Assembly (NCBI GenBank): GCA_965230045.1
Contig: OZ245940.1
Location: 1,847,590 to 1,911,589 of the forward strand
Length of the DNA: 64,000 bases
DNA from: Bacteroidales bacterium
GTDB lineage: Bacteria; Bacteroidota; Bacteroidia; Bacteroidales; WRLA01
Direction of reading: 5' to 3'
The translations under genes were made by a program, and so were the position numbers. The first letter of the stretch is position 1. Every line of letters starts with the position of its first letter. Below the pieces are notes generated by a model. The model saw only the letters and a list, made by a program, of their open reading frames with translations. It ran no database searches and had not been told where the DNA came from. Positions 1 to 10,900 of this stretch are shown in pieces.

Positions 1-1819
1 GTACCGTGAAATCATGCTCGATTTTGCCCTCATTTTCTTTCATAAACTCAATGGTATAAAAGGTTTCGCTGCCTTCCTGTTCGCGTTGGGTGTAGCTGAT
101 CAGGTAGCCCGACATGCTGAGGGTGTCGTTTTTCATCAAAACTATGTTTTCCTGATTGCTTTTTGTATTGCCCAGATCGTATGAGGAAGTGTTTTTAGAG
201 ATGGTGTAGGCATTGCTGAAAGTCAGCACAACGCCAATAAGGAAGAGTGCAAAGCCAATATGAGCCAGTCCGGCAGCAAGGCTGATTTTATTTCCTTTGT
301 TCTTGATAACGAATATAATGGATCCAATTAAAGCCATATAAAGTGCGATCAGGAAGAGAACAAAACTTGTTTCCCGCAATGGAATGATGGCTGAAGTGGC
401 CAGTGTAAGGCCAAAAGCTGCCAGTAGAACATAAATTGTTTTCGTGAGAAATTTTTTGACTTCATTTTGCCCGTAGCGCAGAAAATAGGCCAGGCCGATC
501 AGAAGAACCATTAACAACGCATAAGGAAGCTGCCAGCGGTTGTAATAGGCCACAGGGTCATTTGGCGGGCTCATATTCAATCCAAAAAGAGTGTTCCAAA
601 CAGGTACAGATGTTACAAAAATAATCTGGAAAGCAGCCAAAACCATGATAATACCGCCTAAAAAGATAAAAAACTCGCGACTTAATAGGCTGTCTTTAAT
701 ATTAATATTGAGTTTTTTATGGCGGCGTATGAGCAATATCAGCGGCAGTAAAAGGAATACAAGCATATAAATGACCAGCTGGGTGACCATACCGTCATCT
801 CCGAAGCTATGCACCGAAGTTTGTCCCAGAACACCCGACCGGGTCAAATAACTGGCATAGAGTACAAAGAAATAGGCCAGTGTAGTAAACAGGAATGCCA
901 GCATCAGTGCATTATTTTGTTTTTTGCTGATAATGCTGAAATGCAGCGCAGCAACCAGTATCATCCAGGGAACAAGTGATGCGTTTTCGACTGGGTCCCA
1001 TGCCCAGAATCCGCCAAAAGTCAGCGAAACATAGGCCCACATCCCGCCTAAAAGGATGCCTGCACCCAAAATCAAGGTGCTAAAAATCATCCAGGGAAGA
1101 GCGGGTTTCAGCCATTCCTGCCACATGCCGCGCCATAATCCGGCAATGGCATATACAGCGGGTACCATTACGGCAGCATAACCCAAAAAGAGCACAGGCG
1201 GATGGGTTGTCATCCAGATGTTTTCAAGCAAAGGGTTCAGTCCATTCCCATCTGTAATGCTTTCCAAATAATTGGGTTGCGTGAAAATTGTATTGCTGAT
1301 ATCGCTGACCGTATTGCGGAGCAGTTCAAAAGGGCTGGTGCCGAGTTTTACCGCGCCCATTTTTATTCCCAGCAAAGCGGACGACAGGAAAACCTGCGAT
1401 AAAGCTGCAAGGCTCATGACCCATGGTTTCCAGCTTTTGCTGGTTTTTAGCAAAACAAGGCCGATGATAGCCTGCAGAAATGTCCAGGTGAGGAAGCTTC
1501 CTTCCTGTCCGGCCCAAAAACAACTGATAATATATTTTAACGCCAGATCCGTTGAGGAATATTGCCATACATATTGATATTCAAAGCGATGCCGCAATAT
1601 CAATTGCAAGAGCATGATGACGCTGAGCAGCACAGCTGAAAAGTGTACATAAAATGCAATGCTGCCAATGCGTTGCAGGCGGTTTTTGTCTTTTCGGTTC
1701 TTTTCAGTGGCCTGATAAAATGCCATAGCAGCCATAGCGGCTGCAAGAAAAGCAATAATAATGCCTGCTTTTCCCAGGATTCCGCTCGTAATTTCTTCGC
1801 CAATGTAATTGATGTCCAT
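1..1819 (-). CDS. ccmF: Cytochrome c biogenesis heme lyase CcmF, 3' end beyond the window
   Basis: Hand translation from ATG at 1819: MDINYIGEE...FWAGQEGS...HPPVLFLGY...GGMWAY...GGFWAWDPVENASLVPW (WWD motif). Absent from the ORF track because no stop is reached in the window. Confidence 0.9.
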   Translation of the reverse strand, partial: MDINYIGEEITSGILGKAGIIIAFLAAAMAAMAFYQATEKNRKDKNRLQRIGSIAFYVHFSAVLLSVIMLLQLILRHRFEYQYVWQYSSTDLALKYIISCFWAGQEGSFLTWTFLQAIIGLVLLKTSKSWKPWVMSLAALSQVFLSSALLGIKMGAVKLGTSPFELLRNTVSDISNTIFTQPNYLESITDGNGLNPLLENIWMTTHPPVLFLGYAAVMVPAVYAIAGLWRGMWQEWLKPALPWMIFSTLILGAGILLGGMWAYVSLTFGGFWAWDPVENASLVPWMILVAALHFSIISKKQNNALMLAFLFTTLAYFFVLYASYLTRSGVLGQTSVHSFGDDGMVTQLVIYMLVFLLLPLILLIRRHKKLNINIKDSLLSREFFIFLGGIIMVLAAFQIIFVTSVPVWNTLFGLNMSPPNDPVAYYNRWQLPYALLMVLLIGLAYFLRYGQNEVKKFLTKTIYVLLAAFGLTLATSAIIPLRETSFVLFLIALYMALIGSIIFVIKNKGNKISLAAGLAHIGFALFLIGVVLTFSNAYTISKNTSSYDLGNTKSNQENIVLMKNDTLSMSGYLISYTQREQEGSETFYTIEFMKENEGKIEHDFTV

Positions 1820-1944
1820 GGGGTTGTGCCTTAAGTTTGGTTTAAGTTTTTCTCAAGTAAATCTGTATATCAAACAATATGCGGAACAATTTGTTGTTAA
1901 CTTTTTTATCGTATATTAGCCTGTATAAAATAAACAAACGATTT

Positions 1945-2691
1945 ATGCCAAAGATAGGAATTATCGGTGGTTCGGGACTTGAAAAACTGAATGTGCTGAA
2001 AGATGTTAAAGAGGTCTATGTAACCACTCCTTATGGATTGCCGAGTTCTAGTTTCCTTACGGGGACAATGTTCGGAAATGAAATTGCAATTTTGTCACGG
2101 CACGGAAGGGAGCATACAATTACGCCCGCCGGCATTAACAACAAAGCCAATATTTGGGCTTTTAAAGAGCTGGACTGCACGCATATTATTGCAACAACCG
2201 CTTGTGGTAGCCTGAAAGAGGAAATCGGTAGGGGCGATATTGTGCTTTTGGATCAGTTTATAGACTGGACCAAGCACAGGGCGCTTACTTTTTTTGATGA
2301 TTTTCATCCCGATGCCATGAGCCATACACCAATGGCCGATCCTTTTTCGGAAGATATCAGGAAAATTATTAAAAAAGCCGCGGATGAAATTAATTGTCCG
2401 CTTCATGAAAAGGGAACAGTAGTTACAATTGAAGGGCCACGTTTTTCAACGCGTGCCGAAAGCCATATGTTCCGCATGCTGGGTGCCGAAGTTATTAATA
2501 TGACCACTGCTCCCGAATGTATCCTGGCAAATGAACTGCAAATCCCTTATGCAGCCATTGCTTTGAGCACAGACTATGACTCCTGGAAAAATGATGAAGA
2601 ACCCGTAACCTGGGAGGCTGTTTTAGAGATATTTAAGAAAAATGTTGAGAAAGTAACAACGCTGCTTATTAAGAGCGTGGAGCTAATGTGA
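1945..2691 (+). CDS. mtnP: S-methyl-5'-thioadenosine phosphorylase
   Basis: KIGIIGGSG, SRHGREH, EGPRFSTRAES, INMT, TDYD motifs; start moved to MPKIG at 1945. Confidence 0.92.
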   Translation: MPKIGIIGGSGLEKLNVLKDVKEVYVTTPYGLPSSSFLTGTMFGNEIAILSRHGREHTITPAGINNKANIWAFKELDCTHIIATTACGSLKEEIGRGDIVLLDQFIDWTKHRALTFFDDFHPDAMSHTPMADPFSEDIRKIIKKAADEINCPLHEKGTVVTIEGPRFSTRAESHMFRMLGAEVINMTTAPECILANELQIPYAAIALSTDYDSWKNDEEPVTWEAVLEIFKKNVEKVTTLLIKSVELM

Positions 2692-2821
2692 GAAAGAAAA
2701 GAGAAAGTGATTTTTATGTAGATTAAATTTAAGTTAATTGTACTTTCACTTGATTTTCTTATGTTTGTAGTATTATTTTTGTGCGCTTTTTGCACAAATT
2801 TGGTTTGTTAAAATTTGAAGT

Positions 2822-4765
2822 ATGGATTATATAGAGTTAAGAAAGAAGGAATTAGTAAATTTGGAATATTCCCTCACCCGGGAAATATTGCGTTCCAACA
2901 GGGCAGGAGCTTATGCATCTTCAACAATAATTAACTGCAACACCAGAAAATACCATGGCCTCCTCGTGGTGCCACAGGCAGGAATAGATGACGACCCGCA
3001 TGTTTTATTGAGCTCTCTGGACGAAACCATCATTCAGCATGATGCGGAATTTAATTTGGGCATACATAAATATGATGGTGAAACTTATAACCCAAAAGGG
3101 CATAAATATATCCGTGACTATACCTTGCAACCCATTCCTAAAATAACATATCGGGTGGGTGGCGTTGTGCTTACACGTGAGCTGATTTTGCTCGATAAAG
3201 AAGACAGGGTTTTGATCCGATATACTTTGGTTGATGCCCACAGCCCGACAAAATTGAGGTTGAAACCATTTCTGGCCTTTCGGAATGTGCATTTCCTAAC
3301 GCATGCCAATAATAATGCAAATACTGCTTATGAGGATTGCGAAAAAGGGATAAAAATGCGCATGTATCCGGGTTATTCAAATCTCTATATGCAGTTTAAT
3401 AAGGATGTTGATTATGTGCATGTGCCGGATTGGTATTATAATATTGAATACCAAAAAGAGCGTGATCGCGGATATGATAGTCATGAAGATTTGCTTGTGC
3501 CCGGCTTTTTTGAAACAGAAATTAAAAAAGGCGAGAGTATCGTTTTTTCTGCAGGGGTCAAAGAAGCGAAAAGCAATGGGCTCAAGCGGGCATTTGCAGC
3601 GCAGGTTAACCGCCGCACACCACGCAACAGTTTCCAAAATTGCATGAATAATGCAGCTGAGCAATTTATTGTAAAAAAGGAAGACAAAACATACCTTATT
3701 GCCGGATTTCCTTATTTCGGGATGTGGAGCCGCGATACATTTATCGCCTTGCCCGGAATTACATTAAGTACCGGAAATGAAAAGCTGTTTTTAGAGGCTG
3801 TTGATACAGTTTTGGCAAAACTCAATGGTGCTTTGTTCCCAAGTATTCTCGGCAGAAAAAATGCATTAAATAATTCCGTTGATGCACCGCTTTGGTTTTT
3901 CTGGGCGATGCAGCAATATTTGAAATATAAGCCTGCTGCGAAAATCTGGAAAAAATATGGCAAAGCCATGAAGCAGATTTTAAAAGGATTTAAAGAGGGT
4001 ACGGAATTCAATATCAAAATGACAGATGATGGATTGATTTCTGCCGGTCAGCATGGCGTAGCTCTTACTTGGATGGATGCCGTGATCAACCAGAAACCGG
4101 TGACGCCCCGAATGGGAATGCCTGTTGAAGTAAATGCACTTTGGCTAAATGCTGTCTCTTTTGCTATTGAACTTGCAAGTGATGAAGGGGAAAATGATTT
4201 TGCCGATGAGTGGCAAACTATTTTGGAAAAAGGTAAGGCCTCCTTCAATGAACTCTTTTGGAATGATGAAAAAGGATATCTTGCCGACTGTATTACAGAT
4301 GGCAATAAGGATTGGAGCGTTCGGCCAAATCAATTGATTGCCGCCAGCCTGCCTTATTCTGCTTTGTCGGAATACCGGCAAAAGGCTGTTGTTAGTAAGG
4401 TAAAGAAAGAGCTGTTGACACCACGTGGAATCCGGACCCTTTCCCCGAAAAACCCTGCTTACAAAAGTGTTTATTACGGTAATCAGCAAACCCGCGACAA
4501 TGCCTACCACAATGGGATTGTTTTTCCATGGTTGATGTCGCATTTTACAGAAGCCTACCTCAGGATACACGGTAAGAGTGGCCTGTCCTTTATCAAAGAC
4601 CTGTATGAAGGTTTTGAAGAAGTGCTCTTTAATCATGGTATGGCTAGTATTTCAGAGGTTTACGATGGCGATCCGCCCTATAGGCCCGGAGGAGCCATTT
4701 CGCAGGCATGGAGTGTAGCTGCAATGCTCCAAATGAAAGATATAATAGACGATTACGAAGCTTAA
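2822..4765 (+). CDS. Glycogen debranching enzyme (amylo-alpha-1,6-glucosidase, GH133)
   Basis: NTRKYHGLL N-terminal motif, AGFPYF..WSRDTFI, SVDAPLWF, LTWMDA, AYHNG, ISQAWS. Confidence 0.93.
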   Translation: MDYIELRKKELVNLEYSLTREILRSNRAGAYASSTIINCNTRKYHGLLVVPQAGIDDDPHVLLSSLDETIIQHDAEFNLGIHKYDGETYNPKGHKYIRDYTLQPIPKITYRVGGVVLTRELILLDKEDRVLIRYTLVDAHSPTKLRLKPFLAFRNVHFLTHANNNANTAYEDCEKGIKMRMYPGYSNLYMQFNKDVDYVHVPDWYYNIEYQKERDRGYDSHEDLLVPGFFETEIKKGESIVFSAGVKEAKSNGLKRAFAAQVNRRTPRNSFQNCMNNAAEQFIVKKEDKTYLIAGFPYFGMWSRDTFIALPGITLSTGNEKLFLEAVDTVLAKLNGALFPSILGRKNALNNSVDAPLWFFWAMQQYLKYKPAAKIWKKYGKAMKQILKGFKEGTEFNIKMTDDGLISAGQHGVALTWMDAVINQKPVTPRMGMPVEVNALWLNAVSFAIELASDEGENDFADEWQTILEKGKASFNELFWNDEKGYLADCITDGNKDWSVRPNQLIAASLPYSALSEYRQKAVVSKVKKELLTPRGIRTLSPKNPAYKSVYYGNQQTRDNAYHNGIVFPWLMSHFTEAYLRIHGKSGLSFIKDLYEGFEEVLFNHGMASISEVYDGDPPYRPGGAISQAWSVAAMLQMKDIIDDYEA

Positions 4766-4779
4766 TTAATAGGAAGAGG

Positions 4780-6072
4780 ATGAAAGTATTAATGTTTGGA
4801 TGGGAATACCCGCCGCATATTTCAGGAGGTCTCGGTACTGCTTGCTACGGACTTACAAAAGGTTTGAGCAAACAAGGTACAGAAATCATTTTTGTTGTGC
4901 CGCGGGCATTCGGGGATGAAGACCAGCGTTCAGCCAAAATTGTGAACGCCAGTGATGTGATGGTCGATTATAAAGACAGCAAATATCAGGAGTACTGGAA
5001 ACGAATCGAATATATGGAAATTGGTTCCAGCATCATTCCTTATGTCAGCCCGGAAGAATACGAACGACTTGCAGCTATGGAAGAGCTGGATACAGTCCTG
5101 GATGAGCAAACAGTTTTGTCGAAAAAGTATGTCTTTAGCGGGAAATACGGGAAAAACCTCTACGAAGAAGTGTCGCGTTATGCTTTGGTCGCATCAGCTA
5201 TAGCCGCTGACAAAGAGTTTGATGTAATCCATGTGCACGACTGGTTAACGTATCCCGCAGGTATCGCAGCTAAAAAAGTTAGCGGAAAACCGCTGGTTGC
5301 GCACATACATGCCACCGAATTCGACCGCACAGGAAGGAACGTGAACCAAAAGGTTTACGACATTGAACGCGAAGGCATGCAGGCTGCAGACAAAGTTATT
5401 GCTGTCAGTAATCTTACAAGAAATACAGTAATTGAACATTATGGCATTGATCCTCAAAAGGTTGTAACTGTGCATAATGCCGTGGAGCCAGTTGATAAAG
5501 GTGATATAGGTGATGCCAGCAAGGCCGTAAATGAAAAAATTGTGACTTTCCTCGGGCGTATTACCTTCCAGAAAGGGCCGGAATATTTCGTGGAAGCAGC
5601 CAAGAAAATTTTGGATCGTGATGAAAATGTCCGTTTTGTGATGGCCGGGTCGGGCGATTTGCTCAACAAAATGATTCGCCGTGTGGCTCAATTGCGCATA
5701 GGGAACAAATTTCATTTTACAGGATTCCTCCGCGGAACCAGCGTTGATCGTATGCTGGCCATGAGCGATGTTTTTGTAATGCCATCTGTTTCAGAACCTT
5801 TTGGTATTGTGCCACTCGAGGCAATGCGATCAAACGTGCCGGTGGTCATTTCCAAACAATCCGGTGTTGCCGAAATTTTGCGCCATGCACTGAAAGTTGA
5901 TTTCTGGGATGTTGATGCAATGGCAGACGCCATCTACGGCTTGCTCCATCATAAAGCATTATCTGAAACATTTATTAAATACGGCAAAGATGAGGTAGAT
6001 AGCCTGAAATGGGAGAAAGCTGCCGTGAAAATTAATGATGTTTACGACAAAACAGTAAAAGGGTTTAAATAG
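4780..6072 (+). CDS. Glycosyltransferase family 4 (glycogen locus)
   Basis: MKVLMFGWEYPPHISGGLG, HVHDW, GRITFQKG, SEPFGIVPLE (EX7E). Confidence 0.9.
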   Translation: MKVLMFGWEYPPHISGGLGTACYGLTKGLSKQGTEIIFVVPRAFGDEDQRSAKIVNASDVMVDYKDSKYQEYWKRIEYMEIGSSIIPYVSPEEYERLAAMEELDTVLDEQTVLSKKYVFSGKYGKNLYEEVSRYALVASAIAADKEFDVIHVHDWLTYPAGIAAKKVSGKPLVAHIHATEFDRTGRNVNQKVYDIEREGMQAADKVIAVSNLTRNTVIEHYGIDPQKVVTVHNAVEPVDKGDIGDASKAVNEKIVTFLGRITFQKGPEYFVEAAKKILDRDENVRFVMAGSGDLLNKMIRRVAQLRIGNKFHFTGFLRGTSVDRMLAMSDVFVMPSVSEPFGIVPLEAMRSNVPVVISKQSGVAEILRHALKVDFWDVDAMADAIYGLLHHKALSETFIKYGKDEVDSLKWEKAAVKINDVYDKTVKGFK

Positions 6073-6099
6073 TAGTTATTTAGTTTAAAAAGAATGATT

Positions 6100-7722
6100 A
6101 TGAGGTCAATTTGTTTGTATTTCCAGGTTCATCAACCGCTTAGGTTACGTACATACCGCTTCTTTGATATGGGGCGCGACCATCACTATTACGATGATTA
6201 TCAAAACCGATATATTATTAAAAGGGTAGCCGAAAAAAGTTACCTTCCGGCCAATAAAGTTATGCTCGATCTGATTAAGGAATACGGTTCTGCTTTTAAA
6301 GTGAGCTATTCTATCTCGGGAATTGCATTGCAGCAGTTGGAAGAGTATGCCCCACAGGTTATTGACAGCTTCAGGGAGCTTGCCAAAACCGGATGTGTTG
6401 AGTTTCTTACCGAAACCAACAGCCATTCGCTGGCCTCGCTCAAATCCGTCGATGAATTCCGTCATCAGGTTGAAAAGCATAGTGCGAAAATAGAGAAACT
6501 CTTTGGCGTAAAGCCGGTTACTTTCCGTAATACCGAGCTGATCTATTCTGATGAAATTGGGGCACAGGTGGCTGATATGGGTTTTGAAACCATGCTCACA
6601 GAAGGAGCGAAACATGTTCTGGGTTGGAAAAGCCCGAATTATTTGTATTGTAATGCAATAAATCCCCGCTTGAAACTGTTGCTGCGCAATTTCACCCTGA
6701 GCGATGATATCGCTTTCCGCTTTTCACAGCAAAGCTGGGGCGAATGGCCGCTGACCGCTGAAAAATTTGTGCGTTGGCTCAACGAAATTGACAAGAACGA
6801 AGAAGTCGTGAATATTTTTGCCGATTACGAAACTTTTGGTGAACATCAGTGGGCAGAAACCGGAATTTTTGATTTCTTGCGCAGCCTTCCGAAAACCGTG
6901 TTTGAAAATTCGGATTTCAAGTTTAAAACGCCTGCCGAAGTTTCGAAAGAATTGCAGCCGGTTAGTGCTGTTCATGTGCCTTATCCAATCTCCTGGGCCG
7001 ATGAGGAACGTGACCTCACTGCATGGTTGGGCAATGATTTACAGGATGATGCATTCAATAACCTTTATGCGCTTGAGCCTTTGGTTAAAGGTTCTGAGGA
7101 TCCGGAATTATTGAAAGACTGGGATTTTCTGCAAACCAGCGACCACTTTTATTATATGTGTACCAAGTGGTTCTCCGATGGTGACGTGCACAAATATTTC
7201 AATCCCTACCCGGGGCCTTACGAGGCATACATTAACTTTATGAACGTGGTTTCTGATTTTACGATCCGCGTAAACGAGGATGCACGCAAACGAGGTGCCG
7301 ACCCTGCAGAAATAATGCAAAAACTTGCCGATAAGCAAAAGGAGATTATCAAAGAGGTTTCTAAAACCGTGAAAGAGAAAGTCAGCAAAACAGCCCGTAA
7401 GGGTATTGAAGCTGCCGGCAAAACAAGCAAACAGGCGAAGAAAAAAGTGAAAGAGGTTACTAAGGATGTGGATTTTGAAGCACTCTCCGAAATCAGCAAA
7501 ACACGCATGAAAAAGCTTGTCCGTGAAGTGAATTCAGAAGATATCGCTAAAGCTCTGAAAGGAGCTAAAGAAGACCTTCAGGAGTTTGTACAGGACAATA
7601 TGGGCGTGCAAGCCAGGAAAAAATACGAAGAAATCAGTGCAAACCTTAAAAAAGTTACTCAAAGAGACATCAAAGACAGTCAGAAACGTATTTTAAATCA
7701 ATTTAAGGAACTCTTTAAATAA
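6100..7722 (+). CDS. GH57 alpha-amylase-like enzyme with Lys-rich linker and FliG-C-like C-terminal domain
   Basis: FQVHQP, FRNTELIY, DYETFGEH, QTSDHFYYM GH57 motifs; C-terminal ~85 aa resemble FliG C-terminal domain. Start could be 6094 or 6100. Confidence 0.88.
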   Translation: MRSICLYFQVHQPLRLRTYRFFDMGRDHHYYDDYQNRYIIKRVAEKSYLPANKVMLDLIKEYGSAFKVSYSISGIALQQLEEYAPQVIDSFRELAKTGCVEFLTETNSHSLASLKSVDEFRHQVEKHSAKIEKLFGVKPVTFRNTELIYSDEIGAQVADMGFETMLTEGAKHVLGWKSPNYLYCNAINPRLKLLLRNFTLSDDIAFRFSQQSWGEWPLTAEKFVRWLNEIDKNEEVVNIFADYETFGEHQWAETGIFDFLRSLPKTVFENSDFKFKTPAEVSKELQPVSAVHVPYPISWADEERDLTAWLGNDLQDDAFNNLYALEPLVKGSEDPELLKDWDFLQTSDHFYYMCTKWFSDGDVHKYFNPYPGPYEAYINFMNVVSDFTIRVNEDARKRGADPAEIMQKLADKQKEIIKEVSKTVKEKVSKTARKGIEAAGKTSKQAKKKVKEVTKDVDFEALSEISKTRMKKLVREVNSEDIAKALKGAKEDLQEFVQDNMGVQARKKYEEISANLKKVTQRDIKDSQKRILNQFKELFK

Positions 7723-7902
7723 GATTTAGGGCTGTACTAAAGCTTTTTTGCATTTTTGCAAACCGAGAAGTTCTGTGACAGCCTTTTTTGTGTTTGTTTG
7801 AATAGAACTGTTTTGTGCTTATTTTGTTGATTACAAAGTTGTTTGTTGAATATGAATGTTGTTTTCAGGAGGGTTTTCTTCTCCTGTCTTAAATTATAAA
7901 TT

Positions 7903-10900
7903 ATGAGAAAACCAGATTTTTTGTTTGAAGTGAGTTGGGAATCATGCAACAAAATTGGAGGCGTACACACAGTGTTGACCACTAAGGCTGCTGCTATGAA
8001 GCAAGTGTTTGGGGATAATTACATTATTATCGGTCCGGATGTCTGGAAAGAAACTCATAGCAATCCAAATTTTCGTGAAGATAATCAGCTGCTTACATCC
8101 TGGCGTGAGATTGCCTCAAATGAAGGCTTGAATATCCGGATTGGTCGTTCTTCAGCTGCTGCTGATTCCATTACTGTTCTGGTGGATTTTACGCCATTGT
8201 TTGCGAAAAAGGATGAAATCCTCACACAATTGTGGGAAAAATTTGGCCTGGATTCGCTTTCCGGCCAATGGGATTATGTGGAGCCGGCCCTTTTTGGGTG
8301 GGCCGCAGCAAAAGTAATTGAAAGCTATTACCAGTTTTACTGCACAAGCAGGCATAACGTCATCGCTCATTTTCATGAGTGGGTTTCCGGTTCGGGCGTG
8401 CTTTATTTGCGCGATCGCCAACCTTTGATTGCCAGTGTATTCTCTGCACATGCAACTGTAATTGGGCGTGGTATTGCCGAAAGGGGATGGAACCTTTATG
8501 AAAAGCTCGATAGCTATAATGCCGATTTGCTCTCGCATGATTTTGGTCAGGTAGCCAAAAATTCAATGGAGAAAACATCAGCCAATAATGCAGATGTGCT
8601 TACAGTGCCCAGCAGTATTACCAATAGGGAATGCAAACAGTTCCTGGGAAGGGATGCTGACATAATTACCCCTAATGGAATCAGTAAAAGTTTATTGCCT
8701 AACGATTCTGATCTGGCGCAGATGCGTATTAATGCGCGTAAAAGGATACTTGAAGTGGCTTCGGTAATGAGCGGTGCTGAGTTCTCTGATGATACGTTTA
8801 TCCTGGGCAGTGGAAGCCGTTACGAATTTCACAATAAAGGTATTGATGTCCTTCTTGATTCTTTGGCAGCATTTAAACAGCAATATCAGGGAACGCGTAA
8901 TGTTTTAGCCGTATTGGCTGTAACCGCTCCAAACCTCGGCCCCTGCGATCCGCTTCAACAGAGGCTTGCCGGGCAACAACTTGCTGAGGAGGATGTGAAC
9001 CCATTCCTAACGCACGAATTGACGGATTTTGATAAAGATCCGATTATCAAAAGTCTGAAAAAGCTTGGCTTTGAAAACAAGCCTGATGATAAAATTAAAG
9101 TGATCTTTATTCCGGCTTTCCTCGATGGAGAGGATGGTGTCCTGAATATGGGATTCTATGATTTAATTTCGGCTTCAGACCTGAATGTGTACCCATCTTA
9201 TTATGAACCATGGGGTTATACGCCACTCGAAAGCCTTGCATTTGGGGTGCCTGCTGTTACGTCCACTTTGAGTGGCTTCGGGCAGTTTGTGCAAAACCAT
9301 AATTTAAAGCCTGAATCCGGATTGGAAATCATCAAAAGAAATGGCGATGATATACCGTCAGTACAGTTGCTTGTTAGCCTGTATCATGAATATATCAGTA
9401 AAGATGGGCAGCAATGGAAAGAATCTTCACAGGAGGCCCGGAATTTCGCAGCTAATTTTACCTGGGAAAAGCTGATTTCATATTTTGAAAAAGCCTATGA
9501 CCTTGCCATAGCAAAAACCCTTGAACGTACTCCCGAAATCCGGCGTGATGCATTGCGCGAACAACAAACGGATATTCCGTTGCCGCAGAGAGAAAAACCG
9601 CAGTGGAAAAAGGTACTGGTAAAACCTACTGTTCCTAATGCGCTTACGGGCCTGCAAAAATTGAGCAAAAACCTTTGGTGGACCTGGAATACCGAAGCGG
9701 CTGAGCTTTTTGAAATGATCAACAAAAAACGTTGGAATGAGCATAAATTCAATCCAATTTCTCTTCTTGAATCGCTTTCAACGGAGGAATGGAATGAATT
9801 GAGCCAAAACGAAGCGTTTATTTCCAAGTTGCATTCTGTTGTGAAAAAGTTTGATACCTATATGGCCGAAGCCAACCATCAGGATCCAAACAGGATTGCT
9901 TATTTCAGTATGGAGTTTGGTTTGCACGATACGATTAAAATATTCTCAGGTGGATTGGGAATGCTGGCCGGAGATCATTTAAAGGAAGCTAGCGACCTGA
10001 ACCTCAATATGGTGGGTGTTGGCCTGCTGTATCGCTATGGCTATTTCCAGCAGCGGCTGAGCCTGCATGGAGAGCAGATTTCGGAGCTTACGCCTCAGAA
10101 ATTCAGCCACCTTCCTGTTGAGCCTGTGCGTTTGGAGGATGGCAGCTGGGCAAAAGTGGAAATAGCACTGCCCGGTCGTGTGATGTATGCGAAGATCTGG
10201 GTTGCTCAGGTAGGGCGTGTTCCGCTTTATTTATTTGATACCGATATCGAAGAGAACAGTCATGCCGACCGTTTTGTGACACATCAGCTTTATGGTGGTG
10301 ACCTTGAGAACCGCCTCAAGCAGGAATTACTGCTTGGTGTGGGGGGTATCCGTATGATAAACCTGCTGAACCTAAGCCCAAATATCTATCATTGCAATGA
10401 GGGCCACGCTGCCTTTATTGGCTTGGAACGTTTGCGGAATTTCGTACAAAACCGTACGCTTAATTTTATGCAGGCAACCGAAGTGGTGCGTGCTTCAACG
10501 CTTTTTACAACGCATACGCCCGTTCCGGCAGGCCATGATGCTTTCCCTGAAGACCTGCTCAGGGCCTATATACCGCATTATGCGGAGCGTTTGGGGCTCA
10601 GTTGGGATGCTTTTATGAACCTCGGTCGTTTTACTCCTTATGATAAAAACGAACTGTTCTCAATGAGTGTTCTTGCTGTAAACCTTTCGCAGGAAGTGAA
10701 TGGCGTTAGTAAGATCCACGGAAGAGTAAGCCGAGAAATGTTTGCGCGCCTTTACGATGGCTATTTTGCCGATGAGGTGCATATCGGTCATGTAACTAAT
10801 GGAGTGCATTTCCCAACCTGGACAGCCAAAAGCTGGCAAAAACTCTATAAAAAGACTTTTGGTGAGCAATTCCTGAAAGATCAGTCAAATCCTGTGCATT

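Noticed and set aside
1202-1834. Small ORFs listed at the window start
   Set aside because: All overlap ccmF, which the ORF track missed because it runs off the window.
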